From assembly GCA_903894565.1 (NCBI GenBank), contig CAITQP010000004.1:9957-73956 (forward strand): a stretch of DNA of 64,000 nucleotides. The letters are read 5' to 3'. The stretch's first letter is position 1. Each line of letters begins with the position of its first letter. The notes beneath the pieces were generated by a model, which worked only from the letters and a program-made list of their open reading frames with translations, did not search any database and had not been told where the DNA came from. A program made the translations under genes and the position numbers. Positions 57,810 through 64,000 of this stretch are shown here, one piece after another. Origin of the DNA: an uncultured bacterium. Its GTDB lineage: Bacteria; Patescibacteriota; Minisyncoccia; Phycocordibacterales; UBA9973.

Positions 57810-58283
57810 TTACTGATGTTTAATCGAAACAACTTCTACGTCAAAAGTAAGTGTTGCTCCTGGTGGTATAAGTGAGCCAGCGCCACGATCTCCGTATGCA
57901 AGATTCGCAGGAATAACAAGATGGCGCTTCTCTCCAACTTTCATACCAAGTACTCCCTGATCCCATCCTTGAATAACCATTCCTGTACCAAGCGTAAATG
58001 TGAATGGCTGTACGTGACTAAACTTTGGATCAACGTTCGAATCAAAAACTGTTCCGTTCGTAAGTGTGCCCGTGTAATTAACAGTAACTGAATCTCCTTT
58101 TACGGCACCAGTCCCTGCTCCTTCTTTTACTGTTGAAACCTGAAGATTTGTTGTTGCTGTTTGTTGTGTTGTTTCTGGTTGTTGCATAGAAGTATCAGTT
58201 GATGTTGTTTTGTGACCACGAGCGAAAAGCACAATGAGAACGATGATAATAATTCCAACGCCGGCACCAATAAATGTTTTCAT
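57810..58283 (-). CDS. FKBP-type peptidyl-prolyl cis-trans isomerase (membrane-anchored)
   Basis: VNYTGTLTNGTVFDSN...GWDQGVLGMKVGEKRHLVIPANLAYGDRG...LTFDVEVV. Confidence 0.9.
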   Translation of the reverse strand: MKTFIGAGVGIIIIVLIVLFARGHKTTSTDTSMQQPETTQQTATTNLQVSTVKEGAGTGAVKGDSVTVNYTGTLTNGTVFDSNVDPKFSHVQPFTFTLGTGMVIQGWDQGVLGMKVGEKRHLVIPANLAYGDRGAGSLIPPGATLTFDVEVVSIKHQ

Positions 58284-58366
58284 AGATAAATACTTATTTT
58301 TTATAAAGCGACGACATTGTTAGTTCGCTTCAGTGTTGTATAAGCATACTAAAAAACACCGAAAAA

Positions 58367-61009
58367 TCAAAATGAGTGACCCCTCTCCTTTACTTTTTTT
58401 GCGTACCAAAGAAATATTCCAGCGATAAAACTAAAGACACCAATGGCAATACAAAAATACAATACTTCTTTATCCGAAATAATGGCACCGTTTACTGTCG
58501 CAGTAAGCAATGCTCCTGTCTGTTCCGAAGTCTTGTCAGGAGTGATGGATTGTTCCGTAGGTATCACTTCTTTCGCTCGCGACACATGTGTATAAATTGA
58601 AGGTTTCTTTTCTGGAATAATGATGGGTTGTTCGATCTTTTGTGGCGTTTCAATTTGGGGAACCACTACACTCTCTGCTTGCGATGTTTCAAGCAATAAT
58701 CCTCCGCCACTACTTCTTGTATGAGTAGTGCCTGTGTCGCTACTTACTGTATTCGAAGTCAGCGTCTCTCCCTGCGAACCAGAATTTGTACTTGAATTCG
58801 TACGAGCAGAGAATAGAACACTCACCGGATCAGAACCGAGCGAACCAATGGTCGCGACGAACTTATATTCACCCGCACTCGACGCTGTTCCCGTAATTGT
58901 GCCGGCTCCACTCGCGAATAGAATCCCCGAATCGGCGAGTGATCCATTCCCGAAAGTTGGTACAACCTTCGATGAGGCATCAAGTGGTACTGAATTCCCA
59001 AATGAATCAGTTGCCCGAATTGTAAATGTAACAGGAGTATCCACTGTCGCACTTGCGTCACTCGAAACTACTCCAATTTTTTTTATTTGTCCTGGAGAAA
59101 GTGTAATCAATACTTTTGCCGGTACGCTTTCTCCTGAATCACTCTTTACTGTAAACAGAAACGAGTCCTCCCCTGTTTGGCCGAGCGGTGTATAGATAAG
59201 TGATGAACCCGACAACGCGCTCAAAGTTCCCTTTGTCGGTTGAGTCGTTACGAGATAAGTCAGTGATGCACTCAAACTATCTGTGCCTGAAAGACTTACC
59301 GTAAGCGGTGCGTCAACATGCGTGGTTAGAGTTTGCGGTGTTGCAACAGGTGAGGCTGGCACGGCATATGTAACGTCGACACCAAGAAAATCGTATGTAT
59401 TCGTAATGGAATCTCCGCTTATACTTGGTTTCGAAAGAAAGCGAACAACCAAGTTATTCACTTGAGCTACCGACGTCACCAGTGAACTAATATCAATCGT
59501 CTGGTTCGCAAAAGCGGACGTCACAGCATTCAGTGCGAGTGGTTGATCTACGAATCCCGTACCATTCGAAATTTCTAATTTTGAAAAATTTGCTTGTGAT
59601 TGATATCGTGCGGTAAGACTCACTGTCTTGAGTGTGGCATTCGCAGGAACAAGTCCTTGAGCAAAAGCGAATTCAGTATATTGATTTTCATCATAATTTG
59701 TACTTGTTGTAGAACTATATTCAACTAAGGCTTTAAAATTATCTGCAACACCGACACCTGCAATATCTGAATCAGCCAACTGACTCTGCCTTCCCGTCAT
59801 ATTCACATTCCCTCGAACGACTGGTATATGAATTTTCAAGCCATTGCTCGGCTGTTCTGGTGGTGCATAAAATGCGACTTGCGCGGATCCTTGTGCCAAA
59901 CCCGGGGCCGTTACTAAGTATGAAGCAACCCCAGTCGTTGTTTGTGAAAGTGCGCTTGCCGTAAATGTCGCGAGTCCTCCCTTTACGGTGGCACTCGCGG
60001 GAGTAATATTTCCTGTTGAATTTAAAAATGGAGTGAGCGTAACCACAGTTTTTGCGTCATCATCAACTGGATTCCCAAATGTGTCCGTGACCTGCACCGT
60101 GATCAAACTTGTCGCGGTAGAAACCTGAGCGATTGGGTTTTTTGTTGTTTTGCATTTTGCTGGTACTCCGTGGGTAAGCGTTACAGTTATTGTTGCCGGG
60201 GTACTGTACACTTTGCCGTCAAATGCACGTATCAAAAAAGTATCAGTCCCAACGAGCCCACCGTTCGGATTATACATAACCGTATTTCCTGTAACAGACC
60301 CGAGTGTCCCGTTTCGGGGAATCGAAAATACAGAAAACGTTAGTGGGTCACTCTCTGCATCGGTCGCACTTACTGTGACAAGAACAGAAGCATCGACTGG
60401 AGTTGTAATCGCCTGATTGCTTACAACCGGCGCCGTATTCAAAGGAACTGGCAATGTATATGTAACCGAAACTATAATTGAATCATGGCTTGTTTGTGTC
60501 GTTCCACCTACATCACGATACGCAAGAAAACGAATCTTGAGTGATGCGAGTTTGTCCGCAGTGGGAACAACTGACGTTATATCGATAGTATCGGTATGAT
60601 CGACGTTAATCACTCCCGTTGTGAGCGATTCGTCCACAAATGATGCTCCGTTGTATATTTCAAGTTTTGCAGCAGTGAGTGCACCTGTTCGTCGAAACTC
60701 ATTTGCTACACTTACATTCGTAATAGTCGCTCCGACAGGAACCGTTCCCGAAAAATTAAATTCCAGATAAGCGTTTTCGTCATACGCGTTTGTTGTGGGC
60801 CATGAACCATTGCTCTCGATTCTCGTATCGTCGCTCGTTGCAAGCTTCGTGAGGTCAGTCGCTGAAAAAGAAGCGCTCGGACTCATGCTTGCATCAGTAC
60901 CCGCCATTGGTACAAATGTGTTCGTACTCGCAAAGGCATGCGGGGAACATATTCCAGCACCTATAATAATACCCACGCCCAAAAGGAACTGAATGATTTT
61001 TTTGTTCAT
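58367..61009 (-). CDS. large surface adhesin-like protein with C-terminal TM anchor
   Basis: Signal MNKKIIQFLLGVGIIIGAGICSPHAFA; an internally duplicated ~80-aa module (TNAYDENAYLEFNF... / TNYDENQYTEFAF...); cadherin-like domains (PRNGTL...YNP..G..GTDTF...DG...S; PTKGTLS...YTP..TGEDSF.F.V.SD.G.S); Big-like domains; a Ser/Thr linker; C-terminal TM plus KKVKERG. Confidence 0.6.
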   Translation of the reverse strand: MNKKIIQFLLGVGIIIGAGICSPHAFASTNTFVPMAGTDASMSPSASFSATDLTKLATSDDTRIESNGSWPTTNAYDENAYLEFNFSGTVPVGATITNVSVANEFRRTGALTAAKLEIYNGASFVDESLTTGVINVDHTDTIDITSVVPTADKLASLKIRFLAYRDVGGTTQTSHDSIIVSVTYTLPVPLNTAPVVSNQAITTPVDASVLVTVSATDAESDPLTFSVFSIPRNGTLGSVTGNTVMYNPNGGLVGTDTFLIRAFDGKVYSTPATITVTLTHGVPAKCKTTKNPIAQVSTATSLITVQVTDTFGNPVDDDAKTVVTLTPFLNSTGNITPASATVKGGLATFTASALSQTTTGVASYLVTAPGLAQGSAQVAFYAPPEQPSNGLKIHIPVVRGNVNMTGRQSQLADSDIAGVGVADNFKALVEYSSTTSTNYDENQYTEFAFAQGLVPANATLKTVSLTARYQSQANFSKLEISNGTGFVDQPLALNAVTSAFANQTIDISSLVTSVAQVNNLVVRFLSKPSISGDSITNTYDFLGVDVTYAVPASPVATPQTLTTHVDAPLTVSLSGTDSLSASLTYLVTTQPTKGTLSALSGSSLIYTPLGQTGEDSFLFTVKSDSGESVPAKVLITLSPGQIKKIGVVSSDASATVDTPVTFTIRATDSFGNSVPLDASSKVVPTFGNGSLADSGILFASGAGTITGTASSAGEYKFVATIGSLGSDPVSVLFSARTNSSTNSGSQGETLTSNTVSSDTGTTHTRSSGGGLLLETSQAESVVVPQIETPQKIEQPIIIPEKKPSIYTHVSRAKEVIPTEQSITPDKTSEQTGALLTATVNGAIISDKEVLYFCIAIGVFSFIAGIFLWYAKKVKERGHSF

Positions 61010-61100
61010 ACAAAATAATTTACAAAGAGCTAATGTCGCCATTGTAAAATCACCTGTGCTTGAACACAATCAAATCTGTGGAGTCATCTTTGCAAAAACT

Positions 61101-61970
61101 TTATTTTTTGAGAAAACGTGCAAACACACCAGCTGGCAACAACCGTGTTGTGTGTTCTTCTGTGAGCGCAAGCTCTCCAGAATCGGTCACTCCTCCAAAT
61201 GCATCCGCCAACCGCGAAACATTATTCAAAAGCGAGAGTGGAGAATATCCAGCCGTATATCCATTAACAATTACCGCGAGTGGATCATCACTCAATACTT
61301 TTTCAACCAACGAAAAGAGTTCATAAAAATCACGTTCGATTTTCCAGAGTGCTCCCCCACTTCCGTGACCGAATGCAGGCGGATCCATGATGACCACATC
61401 ATATTTGTTGCCACGTTTTAATTCGCGACGAAGAAACAAAAGTGCGTCGTCTTCAATCCATCGGATTGGAGCACTCGCGAGTCCGGAAAGTTCCGCATTC
61501 TTTCGTGCCCATTCAATTGCGACTTTTGATGAATCCAAGTGCGTTACCTCAGCACCAGCGCGTGCAGCAGAAAGCGTCGCTCCACCTGTGTACGCAAACA
61601 AATTGAGTACTTTTATTGTCTTTCCTTTTTTTGAATGAATGGCCTCTTCTAGCCACATCCAATGAGACTTTTGTTCTGGGAAAATACCCACGTGTTTAAA
61701 TGACGTCGGTCGAAGTTCAAATGTGAGGCCGGCATATTCAATATTCCATGCTTTTGGAAACGCTGTACCTTTCTTCCATGATCCAGTCGCTCCAGTGCGC
61801 GTAAATGCTGCGTCAGCTTTTTGCCATTCTGTTTCAGGAAGTTTTTTGAGCCATAACGCTTCAGGATCAGGACGAGCAAGTACGTACGCTCCAAAACGCT
61901 CAAGCTTCATTCCTTCGCCCGAATCAAGCAACGCATAGGATGATTCCTTTTCTGTAATTACTGTGCTCAT
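61101..61970 (-). CDS. RlmI/RlmK-like class I SAM-dependent rRNA methyltransferase
   Basis: LNLFAYTGGATLSAARAGA...HLDSS...DPPAFG motifs. Confidence 0.65.
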   Translation of the reverse strand: MSTVITEKESSYALLDSGEGMKLERFGAYVLARPDPEALWLKKLPETEWQKADAAFTRTGATGSWKKGTAFPKAWNIEYAGLTFELRPTSFKHVGIFPEQKSHWMWLEEAIHSKKGKTIKVLNLFAYTGGATLSAARAGAEVTHLDSSKVAIEWARKNAELSGLASAPIRWIEDDALLFLRRELKRGNKYDVVIMDPPAFGHGSGGALWKIERDFYELFSLVEKVLSDDPLAVIVNGYTAGYSPLSLLNNVSRLADAFGGVTDSGELALTEEHTTRLLPAGVFARFLKK

Positions 61971-62308
61971 CGATGTTTTCGCAAATGGTCAAAACGTTTT
62001 CGGACCTGCTCTTTAATAATAAAAAATCGGCGAAGAATAATCGTCACCACCACAGCAAAAATCGTAATGACAATAGTGTAGGTCATTTTGCGAGAAAGAC
62101 TTGTCAGTGGCCCAAAAAAATGGGTGAAGACATCTTCAAGCGTGCGATCCCAAGCAAGTGCGGTAATAAGACCGAGTGCAGCAACAATGATTGTCACCAA
62201 TCGTCCAGCAAAATCAGTCTTGATATCAAGAAGATGCTGACTATCCAAAAATTCCTCCGCTCTATCCGAGTTGACCCTATCGCTCATTTTTGATGTTTCT
62301 CCTGTCAT
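61967..62308 (-). CDS. hypothetical small membrane protein
   Basis: Two TM helices; the start is uncertain (62308 or 62335). Confidence 0.35.
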   Translation of the reverse strand: MTGETSKMSDRVNSDRAEEFLDSQHLLDIKTDFAGRLVTIIVAALGLITALAWDRTLEDVFTHFFGPLTSLSRKMTYTIVITIFAVVVTIILRRFFIIKEQVRKRFDHLRKHR

Positions 62309-62319
62309 ATAGATATAGC

Positions 62320-63000
62320 CTACCCGAGTGGGCAAATGATGTCAAAAGTTTTCATAGCATCACGAAGCGTTGCGATTGATTGCTCAGTGATTGCTTCTGG
62401 ACGAATTGAGGCGTTTGTGAATAATTCTTTTTCGATATCGTAGATAGCTTCCCTGTTTTTTACCGTCATCGGTTCATCTTTTGGATGTTGATCGCTATAT
62501 CGTTCATGCATATCAGTCATACGCTCCTCGAGTGAGGCAACTCCGTTTGGCACCACGCGACTGTCTGCGTACACTGCAATTTTCGTAAGCACGTCACCAT
62601 GCTCTTTTGTGTCTGCATTTTTTAAAAACCCAATCGAGTCAATCATATCTCGTACGCGGCTTGAGACGCCGAGCTCATCGAGAATAGTGAGTGTCGCCCT
62701 ATGTTCATCCCGTCCATAGCGAGCAATCATATCGCTTCGTACTGTTTCCCAGTGATCACGTTCAGTACGGACCGGAGACGGTAGTTTGTCTAAATCAAAT
62801 TTAATGATGTTGCCCATGTCGTGCAAAAGACACGCCATAATAAGTTCGGCTCGTTCATTCTCTCCGCCAACGCTTGGTGTCTGTGCATCAAAAAGCATAA
62901 CTGCGACAGATGCAACTCGATACATATGAAGTGCAAGCCATGGTGGAATGCGATAGCGTTCATATATTTCAGCAATATTCTTTTTGAGTGGAGTTCCCAT
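62320..63000 (-). CDS. HD-domain phosphohydrolase
   Basis: H...HD motif (LLHDMGNI). Confidence 0.7.
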   Translation of the reverse strand: MGTPLKKNIAEIYERYRIPPWLALHMYRVASVAVMLFDAQTPSVGGENERAELIMACLLHDMGNIIKFDLDKLPSPVRTERDHWETVRSDMIARYGRDEHRATLTILDELGVSSRVRDMIDSIGFLKNADTKEHGDVLTKIAVYADSRVVPNGVASLEERMTDMHERYSDQHPKDEPMTVKNREAIYDIEKELFTNASIRPEAITEQSIATLRDAMKTFDIICPLG

Positions 63001-64000
63001 TACTCTACTGTAACACTTTTCGCGAGATTGCGTGGTTTGTCTATTGGCAATCCTTTGTGGTGAGCGACATAATATGCAAAAAATTGGAGTGGAATAATTG
63101 CAAGAACTGGTGTGAGATACTCACTCGTCCTTGGAATATAAAAAACATCATCTGCACGCTTTGCCGCTTCCGTATCACCTTCTGAAAGAATCGCAAATAC
63201 TTTGCCGCTGCGAGCTTTGATCTCCTCAATATTTGAAATCATTTTTTCATAGACACTGTCCTTTGGAGCGATCGCAACTGTCGGAAAATCTGCGTCGATC
63301 ATCGCAAGTGGTCCATGCTTCATCTCCCCTGCGCCATATCCTTCAGCGTGAATGTAGGAAATCTCTTTGAGCTTGATTGCTCCTTCGAGCGCTGTCGGAT
63401 AATTGAGCTTGCGTCCGATAAAAAGAAAGTCTCGCACGCTCGCATATTTTTGAGCAATCGCTTCAATTTGTGAACGAGTTTCTTGAATGGTACGAACCTG
63501 GTTTGGTAATTCAGAGAGTGCATTAATGAGCGACTGTCCGTCTTCGAGAGTCATATCACGCTCACGTCCAAGATGGAGAGCAAAAAGGGCAAGCACGATC
63601 AGTTGAGAAACAAACGCTTTGGTTGATGCGACGCCAATTTCAGGACCTGCATGGTTATAGACTCCGGCGTCAGTTTCGCGCGCGATGGTTGAACCAACAA
63701 CATTCACAATACCGAGAGTAAGTGCTCCGCGACGTTTGCCTTCACGCATTGCTTCGAGAGTATCAAGCGTCTCACCACTTTGAGTGACAGCAAGCACGAC
63801 CGTGCCTTCTTCAATGACAGGATTACGATAACGAAATTCAGATGCAAGTTCTACTTCGACGGGGACTCGAGCAAGTGATTCGATGAGATATTCACCAACG
63901 AGACCTGCGTAGTATGCAGTGCCACAGCCAACGATTATGATACGCTTTACGCTCTTTAATTTTTCAGCAACATCAATGAGTCCTCCAAGCTTCGCTCTCC
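63000..64000 (-). CDS. glmS: glutamine--fructose-6-phosphate aminotransferase, C-terminal SIS domains (5' end beyond window)
   Basis: Ends ...LAKSVTVE (canonical GlmS C-terminus); SIS motifs are present and the reading frame continues to the window edge (…IIVGCGTAYYAGLV…). Confidence 0.9.
   Translation of the reverse strand, partial: RAKLGGLIDVAEKLKSVKRIIIVGCGTAYYAGLVGEYLIESLARVPVEVELASEFRYRNPVIEEGTVVLAVTQSGETLDTLEAMREGKRRGALTLGIVNVVGSTIARETDAGVYNHAGPEIGVASTKAFVSQLIVLALFALHLGRERDMTLEDGQSLINALSELPNQVRTIQETRSQIEAIAQKYASVRDFLFIGRKLNYPTALEGAIKLKEISYIHAEGYGAGEMKHGPLAMIDADFPTVAIAPKDSVYEKMISNIEEIKARSGKVFAILSEGDTEAAKRADDVFYIPRTSEYLTPVLAIIPLQFFAYYVAHHKGLPIDKPRNLAKSVTVE

Noticed and set aside
1-64000. 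tRNA, rRNA, tmRNA, RNase P or SRP RNA genes
   Set aside because: No intergenic region showed tRNA cloverleaf hallmarks (GTTCRANYC T-loop plus acceptor pairing) or conserved RNase P/SRP/tmRNA motifs by eye. The two long non-coding regions are better explained as a T-box leader and an S-layer gene leader. A covariance-model scan would be needed to exclude them.

Overview
This 64-kb window is a densely packed, mostly minus-strand chromosomal segment. It looks like a small-genome, probably monoderm or CPR/Patescibacteria-like bacterium, but that placement is inference only.

Housekeeping genes recognised from motifs:
- Replication, repair, translation factors: ftsK, recA, efp, recO, a DEAD-box helicase.
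- Ribosomal and secretion: rpsF-ssb-rpsR, and secE-nusG-rplK.
- Aminoacyl-tRNA synthetases: metG, glyQS, ileS, argS.
- Metabolism: glnA (type II), glyA, and glmS (partial, cut by the window end).
- A dTMP/folate gene set: dut, tmk, thyA, folA, dCMP deaminase, MazG, Nudix.

Large Thr/Ser/Gly-rich surface proteins sit between these blocks:
- A 1067-aa protein with a PG_binding_1 domain and a ~650-nt leader.
- A ~1650-aa protein with an Asp-box beta-propeller plus ~15 tandem Fn3-like repeats, split by a frameshift.
- A 900-aa cadherin/Big-like adhesin.

Other elements are a RelE/ParE + RHH toxin-antitoxin pair, and many GNRA-loop rho-independent terminators, several of them bidirectional.

The most unusual observations:
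- A complete histidine-phosphatase (PGAM-family) domain inserted in frame inside the catalytic core of isoleucyl-tRNA synthetase.
- A T-box leader immediately upstream of that ileS.
- An uncharacterised 557-aa Cys-rich, multi-zinc-ribbon protein sitting inside a thyA…folA operon.
- A CofE-like ligase / RibD_C reductase / YhhQ transporter trio.

No rRNA, tRNA, CRISPR array, integrase or transposase was found.
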